Origin: Octopus sinensis | Taxonomy: Eukaryota | Direction: 5' to 3' | NCBI RefSeq assembly: GCF_006345805.1 | Contig: NW_021833448.1 | Location: 1 to 64,000, forward strand | Length of the DNA: 64,000 nucleotides | Shown here: positions 13,430 to 27,802 of the stretch, piece by piece | Layout of the letters: each line of letters begins with the position of its first letter | Numbering within the stretch: the first letter of the stretch is position 1 | The notes under the pieces: generated by a model | Told to the model about the DNA's origin: nothing | The model's database searches: none | The model's input: the letters and a program-made list of their open reading frames with translations, nothing else | Translations under genes and position numbers: made by a program

Positions 13430-13552
13430 CGAACATCTTCAAGTTTCCGTCTACCAAATCCACTCACAAGGCTTTTGGTTGCCCAAGGTGGGCAGTGGCA
13501 CTGTTCCCGGAACCATGCGGTTGGGAAGCATCTTTTTACCACACAGCCACAC
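13430..13552 (-). mobile_element. SINE family A, 5' half
   Basis: tttccgtctaccaaatccactcacaaggctttt..cccggaaccatg..ttaccacacagccac. Confidence 0.8.
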
Positions 13553-16218
13553 CAGATAGTTAGCTATAGATATATGTATATGTATATATATGTAGCTTAT
13601 AGAATGATGTCGATTTATTAGTTTGACGGTTATGAATTGAATGTAATACTATTACGTTTCGGATGTTAGACGTTTTTCAGAAAGAAGAAAATTTGAAGAA
13701 GAAAGATGTTGTGTGGCTGACAGTAGAATATCAAAATAATAACATTTAGTCGGTGAGGTGTCGTTAAACTCCACTGCGTTGGGAATGTGAAATACTGCCT
13801 ACTTAACGTAATGGATGGACAATTTGTGCAATCTTTAGACAAAAGGAATGACTGAGCCCTTTAACAGAAAGTACATCTCGAGAGAAATAGAGAAGAGAGA
13901 AATATGACATTAGATTTGGATTTTGTACAAAAGGAATTGAAAGTGGCTTCATGAGTTACTGGCAAGAACACTGAGACGTTAAAACCAATAAGATGGAGTG
14001 GGAGTTAGGTTTACGATATGACACTGATTCGAGTATGAATAGGGTCTTTAGAAAGATATAGAAAAGAAAAAAAAGAATAGCCTGAACGTGTAAAAGGGAA
14101 GTAAGCGGCAAGATACTAAGATATATATCAGCCATTGATTATAATTAAAAGTGATAGAGATAGTGTGAGCGTTTTTAAGGGTAGTTTTTGTCCACGTTTG
14201 CAATGCACAGAACGGAAACGGAGATGGGAGAGAGAGAGAGAGAAAGAGAGAGCAAAAGAAAGGGAGACAAATTAGTCAATATACTGGATATAAAAAAATA
14301 TCTGATGAATTAAGTCAATTTCTCATGGGGAAAGTTAGTAGCACCAGTATGTTGGAAAGATTTAATTTGCTTATATAAAGAGAAAATGGGTTATTGGCAC
14401 TTTATTTAGATGTGTGCTAAGTGGAGTTGACTTAGAATTGACTCTAAATACGCGTGGTTTTAGTCTTAGATTTACAGAGCAAATCACTTAGTAAAACATT
14501 GCCATTTTTCAAACAATTTACCCGAATCCATAAGTTGTTTCTTTGCGAAAGTTACTTGTGACAGCGTTTAGTTCTAGTTAACTGCAGGCAGATATGTATA
14601 GGCTATGAGAAACGTTATTTTCTAAAGAGCATTTCTGTTAATACATCAGTATTGGTCAATACTGATGTTTGCAATATTGCAATGGATTCGGAATTACAGT
14701 GCAATTCTTGGCTAAATTTCATTTGGTATTACTCTACAACATTTCACAATATACGTTCAAACGAAACCGAACGTGCTGGACATCGTAATTCATCCTTAAC
14801 AAGTGGAGAAATTATGCAGTAATTCGGTGGACAAACGGATTCAGTGGGCAATAACTCTCATCTACATATAGGTGGCTTTGCTTCAACATCCGATGTAATT
14901 AATTATTTCTAAACGAAGTTGTAAATCCAGATATTTTGTTAAAAACACAGTATTATAATCGATTAATAGTTCAAAAGACCTGACAATTTGACTTAACAAT
15001 ATATATATATATATATATATTATATATTATATATATATATATATAATATATATATATATATTATATATATATATGTATATATTTGGTGGTGTGTGCCATT
15101 GGGTATGCTTGTATGTAAATGCAAACATATAGCTATATGTTTCTATTTTCGAAACGCATCTACGTATTAAAATATATATGGACGTGTGTAACGCTAGAGG
15201 TGATCATGTGTGCGTCTGTACAACCATATATATATATATAATATATAATATGATGTATGTGCGTATATGTGCAAATGTTTATGTGCGCATAAGTGTGTAT
15301 GCATGTAGACTCGTATCACTTATGAACACGAAGAGTGGCAGACCTGCAGTTAATCACTCTACGCTTCCAAAAACATTTCATTCACTGTGGATGCCTTAAT
15401 TAAAATCATTGCAACATCAAATCAACAATACAATGTACTAGAGCAAATTAAACTCTGTTTAAAGCTGAAAGCTCTAGAAGGACATTAACGTAATCCAGGG
15501 AGAATTCAAAGAAAAACCTAAATAACGGGGAAAAGCCTAAACAACAGGGAATCACACCCAACCACGAAAACACCCCAGCTTTATTTTAAGGTTATTTATA
15601 TTTTCCTATGTTTCGTTATTTTTTCTTTCCTTTTATGATGTGTCTGTTGTACCCTTAATGACGCTGATATTGTTGTTGACTTTTTCCCTCATTAAAGTTT
15701 TCAATAGGCGTCAACATTGTTACTGTTTATTCTTTGTTTCTTTTTGTTTAATTATGTGTTGATATATTTATATTTATTTATAGCCGTCGCACGTGTACTT
15801 GTTGTTGTAGTTGTTATTGTTATTGTAATTGCTATACGTATTGTTCTTGTTGCTTAAATGTGCACGTGTTTGTTTGAAAACCTTTCATGATTTTAATCAT
15901 TCCATATTTTTTTTATTGGGGTAGGGGTATTCTATGTATGCTACAATTCATTATTAAAATAAGCAACGGTTATGTCCCTTTGTCAAATGCACGCCAGAAA
16001 AGCTTGGTTTTGCCTATCCTCTTATTTTCTCAAGCTAAGTTTATCTATCCAATGCTTCATCTATCTATCTTTCATTCTCCAAATCTGAATTTTCTTCTCT
16101 ATTTATCTCTAAATATAAGTATATGTATGCATATAAATATGTATATGATTGCATGCACATAAATACTTAAATACGTTCCCTCTCTCCCTCTCTCTCTCTC
16201 TATATATATATACATATG

Positions 16219-16260
<42 letters not shown>

Positions 16261-16879
16261 CATACATATATAGTTATTTATACATATAAGCATACAGAGA
16301 AAGAGAGAGGGGGAAAAGAGAGGAGGAGAGGGCGAGAGAGTGGGACAGATTGGAAGATGGGAGAAAGAAACTGAAATTAAAATTGTACAACAAATTAATT
16401 TTGGACATCTTATTCTCTTATGTGAGAAAACCACCTAGGAGGAAAACTCATTATCTTTCCCGTACCATGTAATATTTGATTGGGATCCGCATTTCTGTAT
16501 ATCCCAAACTATATATGGAGAACAAAGCTCAAAATCGAAGAGATTGTCTATAAACTATTTAATGTACTTCATCTTACGCGTATGTCATTTACAAAAAAAT
16601 ATTATCAGTTATATGAAGTAAATCATTTAATCATGTTACATGTCAAATCTTCAGAAATATGTAGCGGCCATTCGTGATTAGACGGGATTAGTTACAGTTT
16701 TTCTCTGGGTCATTAAGCGAGAAGTATGATATTTATACGACTAATATCAGTATTATGATTTTCAAAAGCAACGCAGCAGATATATAGGACGCCATGTATT
16801 TCTAACAGACTTCGCAGATAGAAATAAACCCCTTAACATCTCCTTCGCCCGTGCAAATACCACTACAACCAGTGATATC

Positions 16880-16886
16880 CCCTCCT

Positions 16887-16917
<31 letters not shown>

Positions 16918-17195
16918 ATCATCATCATCATCATGATCATCATCATCACTGAAATCGTTGGCATGATGATGATGATCATCATCGTCGTCGTCGTCGTCGT
17001 CATCATCATCATCATCATCATCATCAACATCGACGTCGTGATTATTGTCAATATCATCGACATTATTATCATTTTCTTCCTTTTCGTAGTCATCATCATT
17101 TATCATCATCATGGCCGTCGTCAAAATCGTCATCACCATCATCGTTGTCGTCATCGCCGTCATCGTCATCCTCATCGTCTTCATCGTCGTCGTCG

Positions 17196-17226
<31 letters not shown>

Positions 17227-17248
17227 ATCTTCCTCCTTCCCGTCATTG

Positions 17249-17279
<31 letters not shown>

Positions 17280-17850
17280 TATCATCATCATTAGCAGCAG
17301 CGGCTGCTTCTTCGTCATCATCCACAAAATTATCAGCATCGTCATTCTCAACATCATCTTCATCATCAGCAACGTAACCCTAATTATAATCACCATTATC
17401 GTCAACAGCAGCTACAGCACTATCAATCTCCTTGCAGTCATTCCCCTCATCCTCCTCCGCATCTCGTTCTCCCTCCACCTCCTTCTCTTTCTCCTCCTCA
17501 TTTGCTCTTCCTTTTCCTCCCCTTCTCCTCCTCCTCCTCCTCCTCCTCATCATCATCATCAATCATCATCATCATCACATCATCATCATCATCACTGAAA
17601 TCGTTGGCATGATGATGATGATCATCATCGTCGTCGTCGTCGTCGTCATCATCATCATCATCATCATCATCAACATCGACGTCGTGATTATTGTCAATAT
17701 CATCGACATTATTATCATTTTCTTCCTTTTCGTAGTCATCATCATTTATCATCATCATGGCCGTCGTCAAAATCGTCATCACCATCATCGTTGTCGTCAT
17801 CGCCGTCATCGTCATCCTCATCGTCTTCATCGTCGTCGTCGTCGTCGTCG

Positions 17851-17881
<31 letters not shown>

Positions 17882-18200
17882 ATCTTCCTCCTTCCCGTCA
17901 TTGTCATCATCATCATCATCATCAATCATCATCATTAGCAGCAGCGGCTGCTTCTTCGTCATCATCCACAAAATTATCAGCATCGTCATTCTCAACATCA
18001 TCTTCATCATCAGCAACGTAACCCTAATTATAATCACCATTATCGTCAACAGCAGCTACAGCACTATCAATCTCCTTGCAGTCATTCCCCTCATCCTCCT
18101 CCGCATCTCGTTCTCCCTCCACCTCCTTCTCTTTCTCCTCCTCATTTGCTCTTCCTTTTCCTCCCCTCCTCCTCCTCCTCCTCCTCCTCCACTTCCCTCT
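16880..18200. repeat. ~646-bp tandem duplication of complex trinucleotide low-complexity sequence
   Basis: The unique anchor actgaaatcgttggcatg occurs at 16948 and 17594, and the following ~570 bp is near-identical in both copies. Confidence 0.9.
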
Positions 18201-18600
18201 CTCTTCCTCCTCCTCCTTTGCTCTTCCTCTTCTTCCCCCTCTTCCTCCTTCTCCCCTCCTCCTCTTCCCTCTCCCCTTCCTCCTCCCCTTCCTCCTCCTC
18301 CTCCTCCTCATCATCATCCCCTTCCTCCTCCCCTTCCTCCTCCCCTTCCTCCTCCTCCTCCTCTTCCCTCTAGCCTTCCTCCTCGCCTTCCTCCTCCTCC
18401 TCCTCCTCCACCTCCTCCTCTTTCTCCTCTTCTTTTGCTCTTCCTTTTCTTCCCCTCTTCCTCCTCCACTTCCCTCTCTCTTCCTCTTCCTCCTTTGCTC
18501 TTTCTCTTCTTCCCCCTCTTCTCCTCCTCCTCCTCTTCCCTCTCCCCTTAATCATCCTCTTCCTCCTCCTACTCGTCTACCACTTCCTCCTCATCATCAT
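18080..18600. repeat. ~520-bp polypyrimidine (CCT/CTT) tract
   Basis: Almost exclusively C/T on the plus strand, with an internal ~65-bp repeat at ~18185 and ~18463. Confidence 0.9.
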
Positions 18601-19213
18601 CGACAGCAGAAGCAGCAACATCAGCATCAACAGCTAATAACAACAAGAGTGTCGAAGCCAATCACCCTCCACCTTACCGACCCAACATGCGGAACACCTA
18701 TCATCTCAACTGCTTCCACCACCACCACCACCACCACTACCACCAGAGCCAGCCAACGCTACTAATACCGCCACCACCCAACAGCCAGACACCCAACAAT
18801 ATATGAAAGGTGGAAATATCAATTTCCTTTCTGGGAGATCAATTATATTGCGTCAATATTGAATTGGTAATTAATGGCGGTAAGTTGTGTGTGTAGGGTG
18901 TGGGGTGATACGCTGTGGAGGTAGCGGTGAGGTCGAGGTGGTGGTGGTAGTGATGGTGGTGGTAGTGGTGGTGGTGCTGGTCTAGTCAAATGTGTATGCG
19001 AAATGTGGGGGGGGGTGTAGAGGTGTGGAGTTGTGTGGAGTTTGTGAATGGAAGTATAGAGGGTACAGAAAAAGACAGAGATGGTATGAAAAATATGTTT
19101 GTGTGTGTGTGTGTATATGTGTGCGTGTGCATTTGTGTGTGTGGGTGCGTGGGTGTTTGTTTCTGTCTATTACCATGTGTATATGCACATATATGCTTAT
19201 ATGTAAATATATG

Positions 19214-19248
<35 letters not shown>

Positions 19249-19269
19249 CCGTATATATACTTACATATA

Positions 19270-19317
<48 letters not shown>

Positions 19318-19535
19318 ATATATATAAATATATATGTATATAATCAGTTAAACACGAACACACACACGAAGTCATAAGTCTTGTTCACCAGCACGTTTGC
19401 GGTCCCAAATCACTGTTCGTAACTTGAACGTGCTCTTCTGTCTTACAGAATAGAATAGATCCAATAATATGTTCGATATACATATATATATACATACATA
19501 TATACATATGTGTGTGTGTGTGTGTGTGTATGTGT

Positions 19536-19585
<50 letters not shown>

Positions 19586-19628
19586 CTACTTTATATATAT
19601 ATATATACATATATAGATAGATAGATAT

Positions 19629-19679
<51 letters not shown>

Positions 19680-19706
19680 TAGATAGATAGATAGATAGAT
19701 AGATAG

Positions 19707-19760
<54 letters not shown>

Positions 19761-19829
19761 GAGTCAGATCCAGGGATCCCCGCCTGAAATGTATCCTTGA
19801 CTCGAAATATTCGTTTAAATATCTGACTT

Positions 19830-20600
19830 CATTAAACCTGCCCGAATGTTCTCCCCTTACGGAATAGACAATGCAAGAAATAATGGATAGGAAGAGAAGG
19901 AGTGAATTGTACGAGAAATGATATTAGATAGATGATTTCACCATTATCGGGAAGGGCCTGCTCGGATATTTTGAACACGTACACGGCATCCATTTCTGTG
20001 CGGCATTAGTTTAGATTGGTATTCGGGAAGGCATCCAGCGCCCAAGGTCAGCTGATCTACACATATAATGTTCAGACGACCTGCTTGATTACGGCCATGC
20101 TTGGTATCCATAGCAATAAGTCACTTGCTATCTCTTGTTTAGCTCACCGTCCAAGTCCCGCTAAGCACAGGCCCCTTTCCATTATAATGGGTGATCTCCA
20201 TACACATTGGTGGGATTGTGTTCTCAAAGATATATGTAAAACAGTTCTTAATATTCTGCTCTATTTTCTATGTAGCTTTGGTTACCAGTTTTTTGGTAAG
20301 CGCCAAGACTGTTGCTGTATATAAAAGGATTAACGATACTGTTGCATAGAAACCGTCCCTCTCAAGTTTTTCTGACAGAGTTGATTCCCAGACAATATCC
20401 AGTTTGGCTTAAGATGTCTTAAATAAAATGAATTATAAGTAAATGGAAACAAGATGAAATAAGAAGTGGATACATGGGCAGGACAAAAGAATAGCTGGAA
20501 GGTTCAGGGCAGTAATGGTGAGAGATTTATAATAATCGGAATGAGACAAGTGGGTGTAGCTTTATGGACGGTAACGATCTGGAATACCTGATCCTATATT
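19830..20600 (+). mobile_element. Possible very old LINE ORF2 remnant (APE/RT-like motifs)
   Basis: Scattered motifs in the expected order across frames: LPECS/LRNR, SLAISCLAHRPS, IIMGDLHTHW, AKTVAVYK, IQFGLR, GMRQ. Heavily decayed. Confidence 0.3.
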
Positions 20601-23203
20601 CGACCTGTTTTCAACACATAATTTTTAGCGCTTGAGGCAAATACACAAACGTAAAGGCATGCGCGGTGCATGCATACATCCATACGATCATGAGTGCAGA
20701 AATATACACGTACAGGTAGAGAGTGCGAAAGAGATAATTTATTATTTGAATATCATTAACATAAACACTTTCCCTCTCCTTATACGCGTAAACGGAAATA
20801 TGCTTAAACAAATAAACAGAGAGAGAAAGAGAGAGGAGAGACAGAGAGACAGACAAATAGACAGAAAGAGAAACGGAAAGAAAGAGAGGGAGAAAGAGAG
20901 AACGAAAGAAACATTGAAATATCTGATGTCAAAAAACTCAGTGTCTAATGATGACGTCAGATAAACGGCACCAAATTGTTTCTGCCCAAAGATTTCATAC
21001 TCGTACAACGAAGTGCCATGCCGAATAGAAATAGGAAAGAAGAAATATTGAATACAGGAGAGATTGAGTAAGTAACACGGCATGTATCATAATATGGAGA
21101 AAGAATCGAAGATGAGTAAATACATGGTAATATGTCAGGAGAAATGAAAAATGATCCCATGGAGAAATATGCAAAGCTCTGTTCTAGATGTTTATTTTTT
21201 TTTTCTACAGATCCTCCAATTACAAGTTCGCCATGTCGATTATCTAACCCATCTTACATATGACAAGAAAAATTAGGGTTTTTATACAACAAAATGGATT
21301 GCATAGCATTAACCGATTTATATTAATGTGACATTAGTGTACTTGAAATCAACGTTATGTGTTTGATATGTAAGAAAAACTGTATGAATGAGAATACACA
21401 ATTCGGCAATCAAAACTCAATTTCCTCAATGCAACCATTAAATTTTCTCATGAAATCTGGGAGTTTCCTCTCACAGAAAATGCACCCAAAGTTGAGAATA
21501 AGCGGTTAGAAACAAGATTGCGTCATCAGCCTGTGTCAGCCTTGCATCAACACCTTCATAAAATGAAATCCATTAAATGCTTTCAAGTGAAGTAGTGTTT
21601 TATTTACCGATTCGTCAGTGAAAAGAAATTTTTTAAATATGAAAGTAAAAGATACAAAGACGATGTACACAGCTATGGAAAGCAGATACAACCTTTTCAG
21701 ATGTAAATCATTCGCTGATCGGGCAGAATAAGCAGAAAAGATGGAGTAAAAATCACTGCAAAACTAGAAAAGCTGAAAGTTCAAAGGGGTCTGTCGTCCA
21801 AAATCAAGTCCACTGGAGAAATTCAATAAGCGATGAGTCACTGTCTAGTACCACCTTGACAGGTAAGTTAAAGGCCATCAATGATGTTTATGGACTGACG
21901 ATATAAAAGAAAAACGGTCTGTAAACAAGACCCTGAATAGTTGTATACAAGTAGCAAAGCCCAAAAGAAGGGGAGTCTTGAGTAACCGTCACAGTGAGGA
22001 TACCTAGTGGGTGGCAGCGAACAAAGAACAAATCGTACCATGAGGGGAATAAGTTTTCTACAAATTTAAGTCCCGGATTGGTTTCTTGCAACAGAGTGAA
22101 ACTAATTGCACCAAAGGATGGACTTACACTTAACGGATTAAATCCTAAATCTCAGAAATCACAGTGCCAACAATGGGAATCAATTCCACAAATCATCATC
22201 ACCAATGCTCAGACATTTCTCTTACCCAACATCTTGGATCTGCACTATATCTTAACGATCCTGAAAGGGCTGAAAAGCAAAGCTTGTCCCTCCTTGATTT
22301 GTCTGAGTGCAGAACTGGAAGAAATATTACTAAGCTTTTGACCAACTTTCTATCAATACTGTTATATTGAACTGGAGCTGATTGGAGGGAACCAGATATT
22401 CGGGCTAATCAACTGTAATATGTTTGACATAGTGATGAATTATTATTGTCCTATGATAGAGCATCAACGTGGTCGCCTCCACTACTAGAAACACTAGCGC
22501 AAACTAACTTAAGTCACATCGTACTTTTGTATAGAATGGTCAATAGGATTATGTGATAGTGGACTTTGGTATTTATGACAAATTTGGCAGGGTCATGGAT
22601 GGAATGCTTGTGACAATAGATGTGTTCACTGATCAATAAAGTGAAAATGAATAAAAAAATTATCACACATAAGGAAGAGAAAAATACTCAAATCTGAAGG
22701 ACTTGGTGATGGTTATGCTGAGGAATTTTTCTTTTTACTTTTTTGAATATATATTTCAAAATGTAGTTAAAAAAGTTTTGTGGATATAGAAGTGATCAAA
22801 ATGCGCCACTTTCCTCTAAAAATTAATTAATGGGACAACGAATTATCTGTATAAAGTCATTCGAGCTGTTAGAAATAGTAGCAACATCACCATTGTTGAA
22901 TGGGTGATACATTAAGGCAACATATTTCTTGAGGAATGATGTTGCAACAAAAGATGGAATCGCTAAGGTTAATGTGATGCTAAAACAACAACTGTAACAA
23001 GAAGAATAGTTAATAACATTTTTAAGGGACCTCTTCAAAACAATATTTGAAAGGTACAGTTTTCATCCAGAATTTACGTTTAAGAGTCGCAAACGAAAAA
23101 AAACACTTACTCATCATCTTTTTGCACAAATTTATCTTTTTCATTTTCTGTAAACTTCGCTATCACAACCTACTACCATTCCAGTACCCCTTGTAGTTTC
23201 AAT

Positions 23204-23254
<51 letters not shown>

Positions 23255-23270
23255 ATATATATATATATAT

Positions 23271-23336
<66 letters not shown>

Positions 23337-23393
23337 AAGTTAGGATTTACAAACCGTTAGATCTACATGTGGATCTAGCATGATTATTAAGGC

Positions 23394-23468
23394 TGTCCCA
23401 CTGAAGAAACTTGCCTTCGGCAAATATGTTTTTTGCTGGAAATAGTTAGAAACCGTCGGTCTGGGATA
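23394..23468 (+). ncRNA. Type I hammerhead ribozyme motif in a Penelope-pLTR-like fragment (~23335-23570)
   Basis: TGTCCCA-CTGAAGA-AAC[..ttgcc(ttc)ggcaa..]GTT-A-GAAA-CCG-T-CGG-T-C-TGGGATA. Stem I 5-7 bp, palindromic stem III, GUC triplet, one extra A before GAAA. Confidence 0.7.
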
Positions 23469-23568
23469 TAGTTGAGATGGTAAATGTTTTTAATTTTCAT
23501 TCCTTTCGTGAATTTATCCCTTTTTTTGTGTTCTAGCACAACGCTTTCCTATTTGGAAGCCTCTTATT

Positions 23569-23648
<80 letters not shown>

Positions 23649-24285
23649 ACAGACACGCACACACACTCACTCACACACACATACTTTTTCTTTGTTTTAA
23701 AATCAATTTTCTTTTCGCACTTCTCGTCGCTTCTCTTCCATTATCAATCCATCGACTGATTTCTTTTGTGCTCCCTTAAATAGATAAAAATCTTTATTTC
23801 TTAATTTGTTTATTTTTAATAATGGTTATTTATTAATTTTTTGTTTTTGACATATTTCGACATTATAGCTGCTGTTCTTTTTTTCGGTTTTCCCCACCCT
23901 GATCCAGCAGACATATAATATAATGCACACACTTCCCACTCCTATTAGCACCCATATATTGTTCTAATATGCATGTTACAACCACAATATATAACAAATC
24001 CATTTTTTTCTCTGTATAAGATGACGGAGTGGGAATCGAAAGGGTCTTCATGACCATTCACACCACTTAAGTATCAATAATAAAAATAACAATAATACGT
24101 TGATGATTTAACTGATTGTTCTTTCTCTCTTCCCTTAAATTCGGTTGCATGCAAAATCTAATAATTATGTACACACAGACACACACAGACACATGTGTGT
24201 ATGTGTATGTATGTATGTATGTATGTATGTATGTATGTATGTATGTATGTATGTATATCTATCTATCTATCTATCTTTCTATCTA

Positions 24286-24335
<50 letters not shown>

Positions 24336-24506
24336 CGTGTAAAGTTAATCCAAAGAAGAAAGCACAAAAAACACACAACAACGCGAAGGACGTGGAACAA
24401 ATATAGTATTATGACGCTCAGGAAAGAAGGAAAGAAGGAAGGAGGGTCTAATGTTTCGAGCGGAGCTCTTCGTCGGAAACATAGAAGGACATACATACAT
24501 ACATAA

Positions 24507-24561
<55 letters not shown>

Positions 24562-25799
24562 ACTATTTCTCACTTTTCTCTCTTTTTTCTCTCCTTTTCC
24601 CTTTCTTTATTCCACTCTTCCTGTTTTCGATTTGACCCTACTAATATACTCCCTATTTTTAGGTCACTTTATATAAAACCTTTGATTCAAGAACTCTATA
24701 AACTCTATAATTGGAATGACCAATTTCAAATACTATTGGGTTTTAATAATAAAGTATTGCACTCTTATATGTATGCCATTCTGCCTAAAAAATGCATCTA
24801 CAAATATAATATCCCTACGTATCTGACATCTATTTTTTCCCCACCTCACTCTCTACGTCGTTATCCTCATTCCGTAAACGGTGGCTTTTAACAGGTGGAG
24901 AGCTGAATATCCTGGGGTACAGAGGATTCGCAATCTAGACAAGGGTGTGAAAGTGTACCACACCATGGTTACATCATGGTTCCTCTGCTTTGTAGCAGAA
25001 GTATGAAGAAAGAGCGAGAGAAAGTTGTGGTGAAAGAGTACAGGTTGAACCCGGAACCAAGGGGTTCGTGGATTTTTGGAAATTCTTTACCTTGTCAGTT
25101 CAAATAACGCGTTAATGATACACGTGCCTACGAAGTGATCAGCTACATGCACGTTAATTTCACGAGCAGGCAATTTCGTTGATTGGATCAACTGGAACGC
25201 TCGTCGTCGCAACCGACGGATTGTCATCAAAAATATTGATGGCGTTGTCTTTTATGACTCAAGTGGATTGAGATCGATTAAACAGTACCAGTTTTATACT
25301 GGGGTCGATTCAATACAGTGCGACCTCCAGTACCAAAATTCCGTCCATCAATGTCAGAAAGCAATATCCTAATATTTTTGTATTTGATGTGTTATTGTGT
25401 GTTTTGTTTTTGCTATATTTTTCAATTTTATTTATTTATTTATTTATTTATTTATTTGTGTATGGTTTTGCTTCCTTTTTTTTCTATTTTTATATCGGAT
25501 TTTTTTTATTCTTTTATTTCTGGTTTTCTTTCATCTATTATTTCATTCATATTTATGATTAATTTATTTTTAGCTTGTCATTCAAATATTGTTACTAACC
25601 CTTCTTCTCTCTCTCTCACTCTCTTGCCATTTCCCTCTCAATATATCCCTCCAACTCATTCTCTCTGTGTCTCAATCTGTATTTGTCATTCATTCTCTGT
25701 TATTCTTACTCGTTCTCTTTTATTCTCTCGTTCATTGTCATTAATTCTCTTTCATTAATTCTATCTTTCTTTGTTTATTTCTGCTTTTTTTTTTATTTC

Positions 25800-26360
25800 C
25801 TTTTTTCTTCCAGTCTAATCTCTCTCCTACTCTCATCCCTATCTCTCATCTCTCTCTCTCTCTCTCACTCTCTCTCACTCTCTCTCTCTCTCTCTCTCTC
25901 TGTGTTTCGGTCTCTGTCTGTTTTCCTCTGGTTTGTCTTCTTATTATTCCATCTTTCTTAATCTCTCCTCCCTCTTCGTTCTCTCTTTCTATGTCTCTCT
26001 TTTCAATCCATCTCTCTCTCTAACTTTCTCTCTCTCTCTCTCTCCCATCTCTCTCTTTCTTTCTCTCTCTGTGTTTCGGTCTATTTCTCTCTCTCTCTTT
26101 TCCTCTGGTTGGTCTTCTTATTATTCCATCTTTCTTAATCTCTCCTCTCTCTTCGTTCTCTCTTTCCATGTCTCTCTTTTCATTCCCCCCTCTCTCTCTC
26201 CTTCCCTCTCTACCTCTAATTATCTCTCCACCGGTGACCTGTCTTTTATGCTCATTCGTTTTCTTCTCCCACCTCCTCGTTTGATATTCTTTCTCTCATC
26301 GACACAATATCTCTCGGTCTCTCCTCCCCCTCTCTCTCTGTGGCTTATCTCTCGTTCTCT
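25800..26360. repeat. CT-rich tract containing a 169-bp-period duplication
   Basis: tgtgtttcggtct..cttcttattattccatctttcttaatctctcctc at 25901 and 26070. Confidence 0.85.
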
Positions 26361-26972
26361 CTCTTAATATCACCCACTCCCTATGTTCTCCTCCCTTTCC
26401 TTTTATCTCACTCTTTACATCATCTACCCCCTCCCCTTTCTGTCACTCATATTCATGTTCCACCTCTATTACAGACATACACACACATAGACGCATATAT
26501 ATACATACACCCTCTCTTCTTCTTCTCTCTCTCTTCCTTCTCCGTCCCACCTTCTCTGTCTCTCTTTCTCTCTCTCTCTCTCTTGTCTATTCAATTCCTG
26601 ATTTTCCCCTACTCATTCTCCTCCATGCTTTATTATTTTAATATTTGCACAAATCTTCATCTTATCACCCTTCAAAAGATACAGAAACAATAAAAACAAT
26701 CATAAATTTCCAAACGACGACGACAAAGCAAAAAAAAAACAAAACAAAAACAAAAAAGTTCCAAAAACAAAAAAAAGAGCGGAGCGGTGTAGTGGCAACG
26801 TTAATATGATGGTTGGTGGGGGGTGACGGTAGTTGGGAGAATGGCAGTGAGACGACGGGGCAGGGTGAAGGAGAGGTAGGTTTCTGAGGGCGGTGTTGGC
26901 CGTTTAAGTAATGAGTATAATGAAGGCATTGTGCCATCGATCTTTCAAACGTACGTGAACGTGTGTACATGG

Positions 26973-27021
<49 letters not shown>

Positions 27022-27802
27022 TGTGTGTGAGGTATAGATTGCGATGTATAAGGCGTGGGTGTGTATTGACATTGTTAATTAAAGTTAACTCAATATTCTA
27101 ATGGAAAGTGGCAACAAAATTTCCTCGTTATTATTGTAATTAATTTTGTTGAAGATTTTGTTGTTGTTGTTATTGGTGTTAGTATTCCGCATAATAGAGT
27201 GAAAGCGTGGAAAAGATACAAAAATGAACGAGCGAGAGAGAGAGAGAGAGAGAGAGAGAGGTGTGGGAAGGAAGACTGTTTAGAAATGATAATAGGGGCA
27301 GGTGGTGGTGGTGGGGGGGGTTATTGTGCTTCGATTCCACAGTTTAAGTTATAAGTTCAAGTGCTACCGACGTGAGACGCCTCTGCTTTTCCTACATCCG
27401 GAGATGATAAAAATACGAAACAGTTAAGTGCTACTAGTGAAGCCATCATCTTTGTTTGTCTTCAAAATTGTTATGTCCGTGCTGAAGCTAGAAATCATTA
27501 TTGACACTTTTCAAACGGTCACTAAATAGCAGAATTTGTAAAATATCAGATAATGTGCTTTCATATGACTTCATGCTAAAAAAATGAGAGTTCAAATCCA
27601 CCTTGTGTCGAATTAAACGTTCATTCATCCGGATTCAATGCCAATCTAGTTTAGTCAGGTGACTGGACGGTGTCCCCTAAGACTCTTGAGGGACTTCATC
27701 AAAGGTTTGTTTTATTTCGTTATCCGTCTTACCGTTTTCTGTTCGACCTGGACACTAGATCTCATTCTTTCGTTGACATTTATCTAAAGTAAAAGACAAG
27801 CG

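Noticed and set aside
14562-14822. 87-codon stop-free frame
   Set aside because: No recognisable motif; it overlaps the palindrome and is within chance expectation.
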